From: Octopus sinensis
Lineage: Eukaryota
Direction of reading: 5' to 3'
DNA length: 64,000 nt
Assembly: GCF_006345805.1 (NCBI RefSeq)
Contig: NC_043009.1
Location: forward strand, 2,356,001-2,420,000
Shown: in pieces, positions 13,706 through 26,600 of the stretch
Layout of the letters: every line of letters begins with the position of its first letter
How positions within the stretch are numbered: position 1 is the stretch's first letter
The notes under the pieces: model-generated
Seen by the model: only the letters and a program-made list of their open reading frames with translations
Database searches by the model: none
Told to the model about the DNA's origin: nothing
Program-made: the position numbers and the translations under genes

Positions 13706-13861
13706 TATATATATATGAGTCTGGCCTACGATAATGTTTAAAAATTATAAATTCGACACTTTCCGTTAGCGTGTACAAATATATTCATTCTTGTGGCACA
13801 ATAATAGTGGTTGACCAATATATATATTATTTCCGGATTTTGTGCCAGATGGTGTCACAGA

Positions 13862-14081
13862 AGGCGGCGAGCTAGCAGAAACTCTAGCACACCGGGCGAA
13901 ATGCTTAGCGGTTACGTTGTTAGTTCAAATTCCGCCGAGGTCAACTTTGCCTTTCATCCTTTCGGGGTCGATAAATTAAGTACCAGTTACGCACTGGGGT
14001 CAATGTAATCGACTTAATACGTTTGTCTGACCTTATTTGTCCCCTCTATGTTTAGCCCTTTGTGGACAATAAAGAAATAAG
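13862..14081 (+). mobile_element. SINE family B
   Basis: aggcggcgagctagcagaaac...gttcaaattccgccgaggtcaactttgcctttcatcctttcggggtcgataaattaagtacc. Confidence 0.85.
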
Positions 14082-14310
14082 ATGGTGTCACTGTGGATAC
14101 ATGACAAGACAATACTAGAGTTGTACCCATTATTCTATTTCTGTTCTATGCGTTCTCAGTTTAAAATCTCATCGAGGATGACTTTGTCATTCAGCATTGC
14201 TGTGTGGATAGAATGATAATCATTTGAGCGTTAGGGTTAAAACTTGTAGACCTTGTCCTTCATTTAGAAAGAATTATTGTTATTAGGTTTTGAAATAATC
14301 GGTTGAATAG

Positions 14311-14598
14311 GAAATTATTTATTTATTTATGCGCCCTTTTCAAGCCTAGCCAGGCTCATGGGCCTGGTTTCCCGGTTTCTATGGCGTATGTGTTCCCCAC
14401 AGCTGCACAGGACGCTAGTCCATCGCTGCGTTTAATCAAGAAACAGGAAGAAAGAGTGAGAGGAATTTGGGGCGAAAGAATACAAAATAGGTCGACATCA
14501 CCCCCCTGCCGGAGCATCGTGGGGCTTTAGGTGTTTTAGCTCAATAAACACACACAATACCCGGTCCGCTGGTCTAACCACTGAGCCATTGTGCCTGC
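14311..14598 (-). mobile_element. tRNA-derived SINE family C (internally deleted head)
   Basis: Homologous to 21622-21938; (TAAA)n tail. Confidence 0.8.
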
Positions 14599-14754
14599 AC
14601 TGAAGAGGAAATAATGGTGTTTTATTATGTCCCATAATAGCCGAAGTCGAAACCCTTCCGTACTTGATGATGTATATTATTCGTTGGGAGTTTTCTCAAG
14701 ATCGCTTCCTGAAGATATTTGTTTCCAATGTTGGCACGATGCCAGCATGTAAGA

Positions 14755-15122
14755 GGCATGGGGTGGAGGAAGTCAATTACATCGAATCCAGTGCTCAACT
14801 GGTACTTATTTTAGGAACCCCGAAACGTTGGATGTCAGCGTAAAAACGGACGAAATGCCGCTAAGGAACTTTGTCCGGCATGCTAACTGTTCTGTCAGGT
14901 CACCACCTTTATCGATTGCTAACATATTGATTTCAAATTTCAGCAGGTCTTAGGGAGAGAGTTAGTCGATTACATTGACCCCAGTACTCAACTGGTACTT
15001 GTTTTATTGACCCCGAAAGGATGAAAGACAAAGTCGGAGTCGGCTGAATTTGAACTCAAAACGCAACGACGGACGAAAAGACGCTATGTATGTTACTCGG
15101 TGAGCTAAGGATTCTGCGAGCT
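14755..15122 (-). mobile_element. Two adjacent degenerate SINE B copies (about 14755-14910 and 14950-15122)
   Basis: ccagtgctcaactggtacttattt and gaccccgaaaggatgaaagacaaagtcgg blocks. Confidence 0.7.
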
Positions 15123-15555
15123 ACCGTCTTCGATGATGCCGAAAAGAATGAGCAGTGTGGTACCTTAGAAAATATTGTGATTCTTCCTGTGAATATTGAA
15201 CTGATGCTGTCGAGCACCACATAAAAACAACGGCGAAGAAGCAGGAAAAGATGATCACGATCACAGCAGTTATGAAAAGACGCTCTTCAATAAAGAAAAG
15301 GAGGAGGAGGAGGAAGAAGAGGAGGAGAAGTATCGTTGTAGTAGGTCTACGATTTCTATTGAAGGCGGTTTGTCGTAGTGCTGGTGGGATTTGGATGTGA
15401 CAATAGATACGTGAAAGTAATTTTGACAGCATCGATTGAAACATAAAAACAGGATTTACGCAGCCTTTTGATCTGTAGTTGTTGCTTTCGGTATTAACAA
15501 CATCGACACCAGCATCACAAAATCTACTAGCATCACTTCCTACTACTACTACTAC

Positions 15556-15590
<35 letters not shown>

Positions 15591-16352
15591 ACACAATTAC
15601 AGGTATGTGTTTGTGATGGTGATATAGATAGATACATGATGACGGTGAAACGACACGGTGGATATTATGGTAGGCAATTTGGTTGATGCTGTGTAACACG
15701 GCAATGATGAAATAGCGACATCTCGGCATCATCCAAGAATTTATCATCTGGATAATCGCAACTGTGTGAAACAATGATGAGACTCTGTGTGTGTGTGTGT
15801 GTCTGTGTGTGCGTGTGCGCGTGTGTGTGTTAGCGTGTGTATGTGTCTCTGTATGTGTTATGTATATACATGTGTGCGTGGTGCAGAAGAGCAAATACAG
15901 AGACGGTGACGACATGAAAAGTGATGGAATTTCTGTGGATTGGTGAAGATGTTGATGATGATGATGAAAATGATGATGACGAAGACGGTGGTGGATGATG
16001 ATGATGATGATGATGGCAATGATGTTGACGGTTATGATGCTGATGATGAGGACGACAATCATTATTATTGTTATCACCATGATGATGGTGGTGATGGTGA
16101 TGGTTTGTGGAAATGCAAAATATGTCACTTTTAAGAGCTGGTCTTTATTTGTTTTAGACGTTGTTACGGTGTTTTTTTTCAAAACGGATATAATTATGAA
16201 ATAATAAAGCTGCAAGAGATTAGCGTTGGGTTGATGGAAAGAGACAGAATAAGAGAGGGAGAGAGAAAGAGAGAGAGAGAAAAAAGGGACAGACAGACGG
16301 ACCAGGCGAAGAAAGAGTTTAGCATTAGGTTGATGGAAAGAGAAAGAGAAGG

Positions 16353-16391
<39 letters not shown>

Positions 16392-17199
16392 CAGACAGAC
16401 CAGGCGAAGAAAGAGTGAAAAAGGAGGGACAAGTGAAAGGTTTATTGAAAGAGTGACGGTATGAGGAAGCATGAAATTGTGAAAATGGGTGAGAGAAAAA
16501 TAAATTTTCCTTCGATGCTTATTTTATCGAAGTGGTCGCCTTTATTATGGAAAGCATCATTATTATTCTTCAGATCTTCTTCGACCATCCATTAACAACG
16601 TCTTTGGATCTTTACTGTCGCATCCTTTTTCTCCCCCAAACATTTTCATCAGTTTCACTCTCACCTTCTTTTGCTCTCCTCCTCCTCCTCTTTCTCTTCT
16701 ATTTCTTGCTACTCACCTTTATGCTAGCAACATTATATTTCATTGTCATTGGTTGTTACTGTGGGAGGAAGAGGAGGAGGACTGTTGGTTATAAGATGAC
16801 AGAGAGAAGGTTAAAGATCGTACTAAGCAACGATTACGTTGTTTGCGTTTGACTGTCCCCTTGTGACTGAGTTCATATCACTATGTCATCTACACCAAAC
16901 TACGTAGGTCTTTTAATATGAGTACCAGTTATAGAACCAGCTAACACTCACACTCTCACACACACACAAACACACAGATACGCCCACGCACATGGGCGCC
17001 GACATGCTCACACATACACACACATATACACACATACACAAACACATCACATTCAGATTTTAAAAAATAAATACAGCGTTGTTAACTATATTCAATCTTG
17101 CAATCGTCGACGACTAGCTAAAGGAAATGTTTCCTCATAATGCATTGGTTCGTATGCATAGTAAATCAATGAATTAATTTGCTAACGAAACGTTTACCA

Positions 17200-17232
<33 letters not shown>

Positions 17233-17233
17233 C

Positions 17234-17317
<84 letters not shown>

Positions 17318-17482
17318 AGCCAAGTTATGTGTCCATCTCTCTCTCTCTCTCTCACACACACGCATATCTATATATATATTGGTAAAAACGGCGAGATAAC
17401 AAAAGAAAGAAAGAGACCTCAATATTATGTAAATAGAGGAATTCATCTGTAAGTATAATATGTGACAGTTATTTGGTAGCCA

Positions 17483-17545
17483 AGATAAAACTCTGAGTTT
17501 CGGATACCTAGGTGGAAATCCACTCCACCATCTCTTCAGTTATCC
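17483..17545 (-). ncRNA. Minimal type I hammerhead motif (family H2, second copy)
   Basis: Helix I GGAUAA/UUAUCU, core CUGAAGA, helix II GAU-GGUGGA/UCCACC..AUC, GAAA, helix III ACUC-A-GAGU, triplet GUU; host repeat about 17390-17565 is homologous to 1845-1950. Confidence 0.6.
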
Positions 17546-17561
17546 GGCCATCGAAAAAACG

Positions 17562-17591
<30 letters not shown>

Positions 17592-17598
<7 letters not shown>

Positions 17599-18620
17599 GC
17601 GTAAAGTATTTGAGGACATATCTTTCTGGGGTCAGTACTGCATTTTTGCTAACTCTGTATAATCTTTGTTTGAGAAAATAATAATGGCAGACCCACAGCT
17701 TATTCAAGAAATGAAGAGGCATGCTGTTATTGTGGTTATAAAGGCTCAACATAGCGGTTTAGAAATATCTCGATTTTCAAAAGTTGCCAGATCTTTCTAC
17801 AAAGTTTGTAAGGAGCTAGAGACTGAAGATGGAAACACATCACCAGTATCAAATGATAAAAAGCATTCTAAACGCTCTGAAATCATCAAAATGTGTGAAT
17901 GTATCCAGCACGTTCAGCAGACCATTGATTATAATACCAGAAAGTCCATGAGATCAATTGCAAACGATCTCCATGTGTCAGAAGAAACAGTGAGCAATGT
18001 TGTCCACGAAGACAACAGATGTAAGTATTATATGAACAGGAAATATCAGTTTGTCAGAAAAAGCACATGAAAATCACTACGTCAGATCTACAAGGGTCTT
18101 AAACAAACTGAAAAATACAGCTGAAGGAGATTTGATTTGGTTTTTCTCAAACGAGAAGAGCTTAGACCAAGATCAAAAAATTAAAAGAATAACTGACAGA
18201 TGAAGTGCCCAGTGTTATGCATACAGAATTTACTGCACCTCTTATTGTTGTAGGGGTTGTCAGCAATGAAGGATATGTGATGCCGCCTTTTTTCTGCAAG
18301 AGTTAACTCTGCTGCCAACATTGAGTTATTCAAAATAATTGTTAAGCCCTGGATTGTGTTTGGTTTTGTATTTAGCGTTGTACTAGTGAATGACAGTGTT
18401 TGAATGGAAGGCCATATGTATTTCAGTAAGACTCGGCACTATCAAACATGGTTCTAGTAATACAGGAATGGATGGCTAAAAATGTTCATGATCACATAAC
18501 CCCTAATATTTGGCCTCCTAATTCCCCAGATCGCACTCCATTGGACTATTACATGTGGAACGTGGTTGAGAGATAGGTCCATGCACATTCCCATAACACC
18601 AGAGATTCTTTGAAAGCTAC
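17592..18620 (+). mobile_element. maT/DD37D (Bmmar1-like) Tc1/mariner transposon, decayed, 3' end lost
   Basis: HTH-like N-terminus (MKRHAVIV..K...EISRF.KVARSF), WFFSNEKSLDQD, FQ*DSA...QEW..N...WPPNSPDRTPLDYYMW with 37 residues between D2 and D3; stops and frameshifts. Confidence 0.85.
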
Positions 18621-18680
18621 CAGCACTCATAATAATAGTAACAATAATGTTACTAAGATTCATAATAATAATAACAATAA

Positions 18681-19170
18681 TGCAGTACCAAGAAGTGGCT
18701 TTCATGCCTTCTCATCTTGACTAATTGGAGGTGTTATTATAGACCAGATATAGTTGTCAGAGATCATGAAGAAAAAAAATGCTTTCTAATTGATGTATTA
18801 ATACCGGCAGATGACAACGTGTCTCTAAAAGAAATGGAGAAACTCTCAAAATACAAAGACCTGGAAATAGAGGTAACCAGAATGTGGAATCTAAAAACAG
18901 AAACAATTCCTATCATAGTAGGTGCATTAGGCATGATCACAAAATATTCAGACAAATACATAACAAAAACACCAGGACTTACAAACACATATAACATACA
19001 GAACATTGCACTACTAGGCACTGCACACATCCTACGCAGAACACTTTCCATACAATAACCATCAGAGCATCACAACAAATCACAGCACATACCCAAGGCA
19101 CACAGAGCTGCGCTCGGTAGTGAAGTGAAAGCACGCTATAAAAATAAAACTACTGAATAATAATAATAAA
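18681..19170 (+). mobile_element. R4/Dong-like LINE fragment (RLE domain + 3' UTR) with a 56-bp leader from the TAA-associated element
   Basis: RPDIVVRD...CFLIDV.IP.D.N...KE.EKLSKYKDLEIE..RMW...IPIIVGALG is a PD-(D/E)xK restriction-like endonuclease; flanked by TAA-rich tracts. Confidence 0.85.
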
Positions 19171-19786
19171 ACTGGCAATGCATATTGATAAGAAGTCGAG
19201 AATATAGAATGCTGTGTCAACATTGTCACATTAGACGGTGAACTGGAATCAGGAACCAAACAAAAGAACTAATAAACATGAATGTTCACAGATTTTTAGA
19301 TTTTGATATTATTGCGAAATAATATGTCACGTGAATGCCACTCTCTTGGGAGTTAATCTTGAATCATAGATGGAAACCGTAGTACGTACACATATTAAAC
19401 CATATCTGTCTCTGATTAACGCTGCTTGTTACACAACTTGTAAAAGACATGACGTCTGTTTTAAAATGATTATACTCTGTAGTATGATAAAGCTACGCCA
19501 TGTTATATTGTAGGGAAAACACTCAGCAGAAATTCACGGACACGTGTATTTGATACAAAAGTTCGATCATATAGCCCACCCCTATTTTTTTTATCCAAAA
19601 TATGTGAGTATATATGATGATGATTGGTTTCCCTATATACAAGTGTATATTTAAATATATAGTAAATAAAGGCATAAAAATATATTTATAGAATATGATT
19701 CAGAAATAACATTGGCGCTATGTCATAATTTAAAGAAAGATCTCCTTAACTCTGATCACGCAGGTAAAATAATAATAATAATAATA

Positions 19787-19832
<46 letters not shown>

Positions 19833-21531
19833 TTTAAAGGGAATCAAATAGTTACACGAGTAATTTGTGCTTAAATCATTTTGTCGATTGTAGAATTTAT
19901 TTATAAGCCCATGGAGAAACAAATATAAATGTAAAGGAGGGAAACAATTTAAATATAAGAAGAAGTAACACAGGATAAAATATATATTTATTTCATATTG
20001 ATGGATGTTGTGATATGCGTTTGCAATGACAGAAGCACACAATTTCAATTTTCTTTAATTAACTTGTTTCAAGACTAGCTTTTCAGCGAAGGCTTACAAC
20101 AGATTTTGTGAAAAACCCCCATCAGGAAAAAGGATAACTGTCAAATTGGAACGAGGTTTAATTCAAACAACTCATTAATGCATGATTCAGTCATCAAAAC
20201 AGAAGCATTTCCCTTCAGAAGAATTATCAGTTGGAAACTAAAATGTGTAGGGAGGGGGTGGGGGAATTATATGAAGAAAAGAAAAGAAGAATAAAATAAT
20301 TAAGATATAAAATATATTAAAAATATAAAGCAATACTGTTCCGATTATACCCGCTTTTAGCAATTCTTTAATGGAAAAAATTCCAACAAATATGTTATCA
20401 AAATTATCAACCCGACAATAGCTTGCAGTAGTTTGTAAAATAACACCTAAAATTTTAAACAGAAAAACATAAAAGATAACAATTTATGTTAAGACAATTG
20501 AATGTAATCAGGATCTGGAATAAAACAACATTATAATATTAATCAATAATAACGAAATATAAAGAGAAATAACACTGAAGCAACAACAATAACAAGAACA
20601 AGAATAAAAACAAACAAAGAAGGAAAATATATTATTACACGTAATCACCCATAAAGAGTTCATTTACTGTACATTTTGTCAGAACACACCGCAGGCCTTT
20701 CTAATTACATCTTAATAATCTCCGAGGTGTTATGTTACTTACATAAAATCTAATCGTTCCATTTTCCCCTCCGAATGTCAGTTGTTTGTTTTTTCTCTAT
20801 ACTGATAATTTGCATAATATTAACACATGCACCTGTCAATGTAAACATATATACATACACACATATATGCATACGCAGGCATACACACATACATACACAC
20901 ACTCTCTCCCTTTCTCTAACGCACACACACACATACCCACGTATGTATATATGTATGTGGATCACTGTAGCCATTCATATCAGTTTAATAATTTATGCTT
21001 CCCGAGCACAGTTTATGCTGGCGTACAAAGATGATTAGCTGCAGTGTTCCCTCCGGGATTTAAATCTATATAACATACGATTGGTAGGATCGAACTCAGG
21101 TATGTAAGCTATCTAATTGCTTGTAATATATGCAGTCTTCCGCGTTTTTATGCGTACTCTTACATCAACTCAAACTTATCATGGATATTAAATTTATCAT
21201 CAGGTCAACTGGAACGATGAGTTATATACGTAAGACATAAGACAATCCCCTGAAGACCACCCTTCTAGAAATCGTTTACTTATAGAACAGCTCACTCAAA
21301 ATCTAAAATTTCCTGACATAAATAGACACGAATAAAAATAGCCAATTGTCGTGTTTAGTGAATAGAAAAATAGTTATTCTAGTGAAAAATCAATCTCTTC
21401 CAAGTGACGCTACGATAAATATTTTACTAATTAGCCGCGAAATTTCAAAACACCCGTCAGCTCGCGAGTTGTTTGGCAGTATAAGCTATTTATTCTTGAT
21501 TAACTGTGATTACTCTTTCGATCTTTGTATA

Positions 21532-22074
21532 TAATAATCCCTGAACTATCGCGGGTGTTACGTTCCAAAAGCCCCCGCGATAGGTGAAAATCCGCGATGT
21601 AAAAACAACATTGTACTGTATTTATTTATTTATGCGCCCTTTTCAAGCCTAGCCAGACTCATGGGACCGGTTTCCCGGTTTCTATGGTGTATGTGCCCCC
21701 CCCCAGCTTGACGGGACGCAGGTCCATCGCAGTGTTGCTCAAGAAACAGGAAGAGAGGGAGTGAAAGAAAGTTGTGGCGAAAGAGTACAACAGGGGGCGC
21801 CACCACCCCTGCCGGAGCATCGTGGAGCTTCAGATGTTTTCGCTCAATAAACACACACAACGCCCGGTCTGGGAATCTAAACCGCGATCCTTCGAAGGCG
21901 AGTCCGCTGCCCTAACCACTAGGCCATTGCGCCTCCGCACATTGTACTGTATATATTTAAAAAAAATTATTTTTATGATTTGTATACAGATGCAAATAAG
22001 CGGCGCGGAGAAATCGACGGAATCTTAAATAATAAGCCGCGATAGGTGAACCGTGAAATTGCGAGGAGTTACTA
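21532..22074. mobile_element. Tigger/pogo-like MITE interrupted by a SINE
   Basis: Imperfect TIRs taataatccctgaactatcgcgg / ccgtgaaattgcgaggagttacta, TA on both flanks, internal ccgcgataggtgaa repeats. Confidence 0.7.
21622..21938 (-). mobile_element. Full-length tRNA-derived SINE family C with 14-bp TSD
   Basis: A box TGGCCTAGTGG, B-box-like GGTTTAGATTCC, (TAAA)n tail, TSD acattgtactgtat at 21608-21621 and 21939-21952. Confidence 0.9.
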
Positions 22075-23624
22075 TATGACGCAATTTGGTACATTAATTG
22101 TCTCGTGGATTTAATGCAAAGATGTTTTTTTTTTCTTTAATAAAAAAAGGGGAAGATAGGGATGTTAATGCTGCAGATCAACTCTGAGTAGAGGCAAACA
22201 GTTACCAACATCGAAATTCGAAACTCTGTTGAGAAAACAATATAAATTATGAATGACAGAAGCCTGACTGGAGGAATTAGTGAAATGACGTATTCTTGTA
22301 GCGTTGAGTTACAAGCCGTTATGTCTTGTATACATCTGTCGCCATGTCTGTTATGCTTTGCAACCTTATGAGTTAGCAAGCATAGATACAATTCAACCAA
22401 TAATATCGCTGTAGATAACTATGCTCTCTTTTCTCAAAACAGAATTAATGATCCCAAGCATATCTCAGAAACCATTAGCAAACATACTGGTAGATTGATC
22501 AGAATTGATAAAGGGATTGATATCCTGCTCAACTTGACTTTCACCTCCATTATAACGATTTCAGCAAAATGTGTACTATTTGTTCATAATTAACACCACC
22601 CACTCCAGTGATAATGCTGGGATGTATCTCTTTGAATGTATCAGATTTAGGCTGAGGCATTGAGTGAACCAGTAGATTGTTGGGCCAAATATACTGGGTT
22701 CTTTGCACTTCTTGCTCTTAATGTTCCAATTGTACCTTTTCTTGAGTATATTCAATTACGTATTCCTCAAGTACTAAAGTTGATAAAACCAGATATACAT
22801 CACTCACAAACAGACGGTCTTAGTCCTATTTTAGAAACCAACATTATTGCCAGTAATACTGGAACATGTAAAGCAGAGGCCTTGCAATATTTGTAACATC
22901 TTTCTATGTGCTGATATGAAATTTATCGCTGTGAAAATAATTACTCCCTGGATCAATATCAGCAAAAGATGAGTCACATAGATTTCATGGATGATTTTAT
23001 TCTCTCAGAAAATGAATATAAATTTGGTTAAGAAGTAACGACTTCAGTCTCAGAAACAGTTGTTTCGCACATTAGGCGCGATACGATATTTGTTTGTATT
23101 CTAAGCATTTGCGCGTGTCTAGATTAAAAAATAATCCGCAACTAATTTTATGAATCCGTTCTAGTATAAAAAGCATTACTATTTTATAGGCATCCATACT
23201 ATAGGAGCTAAAATAACCCCAACTCCAGAAGACTTTGATAACATTTGTAAGAGAATAGACAATATGAAATTCTAAAATGTTATTTGAGCCCCGATTTCCA
23301 TATCTCTGTATGACTGAGCAGCATCTTAAGTACTTCGCTTTTTACCATTTCACAGAGACAATTTTTCAGTTACGTGGATAGTATATTCATCACATTTACT
23401 TACTTCTAAGGCCAACGTCTTCTCCTTTCCGTAGAAACCTGTCTTTTATTTTATTTAAGCTAAACGGAATTTATTAATAAACTATAGGATCCTGTTCATT
23501 TTGTTTTCCTTCTCTTACAATGACGTATAGTGTATTTCTCTATTACATGATCAGCTTACTTCTAAAAATTCCACAAGGCTTACTATTTTGAAGCATATTA
23601 ACTACTGCAGATAAGGAGGCAAAC

Positions 23625-23830
23625 TGGCAGAATTGTCACATCGGGCAAAATGCTTCGAAATATTTCCTATGAAACTCTATATTCTGAGTTCAAATTCTCC
23701 GTCGATATCAGCTTTGTCATTCATTCATTCGGGCTCGATAAAATACGCAGCAGTTCAGCACTGGCGCATGTGTAATCGGTTTTCTCCTTCCCCTCAAAAT
23801 AGTTGGTAGAATGTCAAAACCTGAAAGCAT
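23625..23830 (+). mobile_element. Degenerate SINE family B
   Basis: aggaggcaaactggcagaattg...gagttcaaattctccg...gggctcgataaaata. Confidence 0.6.
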
Positions 23831-24738
23831 TATTTAATGCAGATATTAATGTGTTTTCTCTGCTTTGAATTTTATCACAGTCTCTGTATTTCTCTTTCTC
23901 GTTCTTGTACTGGTTCTTTTATAACATATTGGGTTATTATCTTGCTATATTGAAACGCTTTATGTTCCAGAGTTTCCCAGACTTTATCACAAAATGACAT
24001 TTACCATGTTACTGGCGCTAAAATACTATTGTTTTAACGAAATTCGTTCTCCCTATGTATTCCTACATTGCGCTGACCATCTATTCTCTTTATAATTTAA
24101 TCCATCTTGAAACTACGAATACTTTTATCTTTCTTTGTATTGCAAGAGACCAGTCACTTAATATAACATTTTCCCCTTCTCATTTCTCAAACAGCCCTTA
24201 ATATAATATTGCAATTATTCACTTTACTTCTTGAATCTTGTTATGCTTTCAACTTTTATATATACACCATTGATGTTAATAATTTTTTTTTCAGCTTCCT
24301 CTCACAGTTCTTTACTAAATTATTAAGACCTATATTTGACATTTAATAGTCATCCATTCGTTTGCCCTTTTCTAGTGTATAATACATGACGATCAGAGCT
24401 AAAACGAACCGATGCCGAAATGGTTTTCTCATTATCGCCACACGATATTTGACCTCATATGAATTCGATCAGCTTTTGCCATCACTTATATTCTAAAACG
24501 GGTTGTAGATAGTTCAATAATGTAAAAATTATGATCATGATGTTATCAGTTTAATTTGTTCACTGCAGCGATATATATCTTATCTCTCTCTATAAAAACC
24601 GTCCCAATTTTGTTAATCATGATAGAACAGAACAGTATCTCTTCCGCGCTGAGAAAGGATAGTAGAAACTTAAGACAAGATTCTTGGGTCCCCAGGCCTT
24701 TCTATCATAATTTCCTTGTCTACTGAGGATATGTAATT

Positions 24739-24773
24739 ATGTATGTATGTATGTATGTATGTATGTATGTATG

Positions 24774-24804
<31 letters not shown>

Positions 24805-24861
24805 GTATGTATGTATGTATGTATGTATGTATGTATGTATGTGTGTATGTATGTATGTGTG

Positions 24862-24892
<31 letters not shown>

Positions 24893-25105
24893 GTATGTAT
24901 GTATGTATGTACGTATGTATGTCTGTATGTATGTATGTATGTATGTATGTATGTATGCATACGTGTATGTCTGTATGTATGTATGTATGTATGTATGTAT
25001 GTGTGTATGTATGTATGTATGTATGTATGTATGTATGTATGTGTGTATGTATGTATGTGTGTACGTGTGTATGTATGTATGTATGCATGTATGTATGTAT
25101 GTATG
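24739..25105. repeat. (ATGT)n microsatellite
   Basis: Direct reading. Confidence 0.95.
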
Positions 25106-25545
25106 TGGCTTTCTTTCATGAAGCTGCGTTTTCGTTTGTATCCTCATTAGGTCTTATATTGATTCATAGTCATCAATTTATGTACTCTTATTGTCCTATA
25201 TTCCTTTCTGCTTCTGTTGCGCCCTCTCTGATTGGACAGTGACGGCATTTGTTCTTACGTTTTTCGCCATGAATTGTGTGGTTGATGATACACTTGTGTG
25301 GCTACCGTAAATGTGGTAGAAATTTTAATGAGGAGGTCCTTGATCTCCATCTGTCTAAAATACTTTAGTTTCTATATTTTCTTTGTAGATTTAATGTAAT
25401 TCTGTGATACATTCTTTTATAATGGTATCCTCAGTATTCTGCTTAAATTTTAAGACTGATTTATTGTGTTTGAACGTTTTCGTTAATTTTCTGGTTTTTG
25501 GATTCCCAAGAGTTCAATGTATGATGCAGTCAAATAAGATGGTTT

Positions 25546-25615
25546 CGCAGTGGGACTGAACCCGGAACCATGTTGTTGGTAAGCAAGCTACTTACCACAC
25601 AGCGACTCCTACGCC
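25546..25615 (-). mobile_element. SINE A tRNA-like head only
   Basis: cgcagtgggactgaacccggaaccatgttgttggtaagcaagctacttaccacacagcgactcctacgcc. Confidence 0.75.
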
Positions 25616-26086
25616 TATAATATGTATATTAAAAGTATTGGAAACCAAATACTGTTGCTAAAAGTAATTATTTAAAGATTATGTGTAAGTATTTTGCTGA
25701 CACGTAATCACGAACTATATTGCAAAAGTAGATGATTTTCAGAAAACATATTAAAAAAGCAAAAAGTATTGGCCAATATATTCTATGCCAAAATGACAGT
25801 AGGCGATTTATATATAAAAACAAAAATAAAAACAAAAAACAATTAAACGAATCTAGTAAAACTCCATATCTACTCATTACAGAAAGGAAGGAATGACACA
25901 ATAATATGAAAACTGTTCCGACAAACTAACAATGTACGGATGATTGTAATCAGTTTACTTTTCTTATGCATGTGATTTAATATACCCGAGCAGATTTGTA
26001 TCCAAACTAACGTCTACTTTTATTTCGTAAACCGTATCAAACATCTGTTTGGACACAACAAAATCTCATGCAAAATTGTTTAAATA

Positions 26087-26346
26087 GGCATATGGCGTAG
26101 TGGTTAAGAGCGCAGGCTACTAACCCCAAGATTCCGCGTTCGATTCGAAGCAGTGACCTGAACAACAACAACACTAATAATAATAATAATAATAATAGCA
26201 TCGAAGAATACCTTAGGAATGAGAACCCAGGTTCGAAATTTCCCCAAGACACCTGAAGAAGGCTGGAGAGTATATCAGCCGAAACGTTGTGTTAACAACA
26301 AACAAGATGAGGACAAATATCCGTCGAATATAAATAATGTAAATAA
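26087..26346 (+). mobile_element. tRNA-headed SINE with (AAT)n linker and hammerhead-containing tail
   Basis: A box TGGCGTAGTGG (26093), B box GTTCGATTC (26138), AAT linker, hammerhead motif, (AAATAATGT)n tail; candidate TSD tgtttaaat at 26077-26085 and 26347-26355. Confidence 0.75.
26248..26293 (+). ncRNA. Minimal type I hammerhead motif (family H3)
   Basis: Helix I GACAC/GUGUU, core CUGAAGA plus extra A, helix II GGCUG/CAGCC, GAAA, palindromic ACGU, triplet GUU. Confidence 0.65.
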
Positions 26347-26384
26347 TGTTTAAATGGTTGTCAATAATTAAGACAATAAGAAAG

Positions 26385-26600
26385 CGGCGAGCCGGAGGAA
26401 TCGTTAGCACGACAGGCGATATGCTTAACGGTATTTGGTCCGTCTTTACGTCCTGCGTTCAAATTCCACCAAGGTCGATTTTTGCCTTTCATTTTTTCGT
26501 GGTCGATAAATTAAGTACCAGTTGAGCACTGAGGTCAACGTAATCGACTTACCCCTACCGAGAAATTGCCGGCCTTGTGCCAAAATATGAAACCATAATG
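26385..26600 (+). mobile_element. SINE family B
   Basis: gcggcgagccggaggaatcgttagcacg...gttcaaattccaccaaggtcg...gtcgataaattaagtaccagttgagcact. Confidence 0.8.

Noticed and set aside
15121-16215. Longest ORF (364 aa, minus strand)
   Set aside because: It is stitched from GAT, GTA, GT and GAG low-complexity tracts, has no domain, and is open only because the repeats lack stops
22400-22900. Weak hAT- or piggyBac-like or exon-like translations (SEPVDCWAKY..LLALNVP; GTIGTLRAR)
   Set aside because: Motifs conflict between strands and are too short to support a call
26087-26160. True tRNA gene
   Set aside because: The acceptor and T stems do not close convincingly and the sequence continues into a SINE body; the same applies to the heads of families A, B and C
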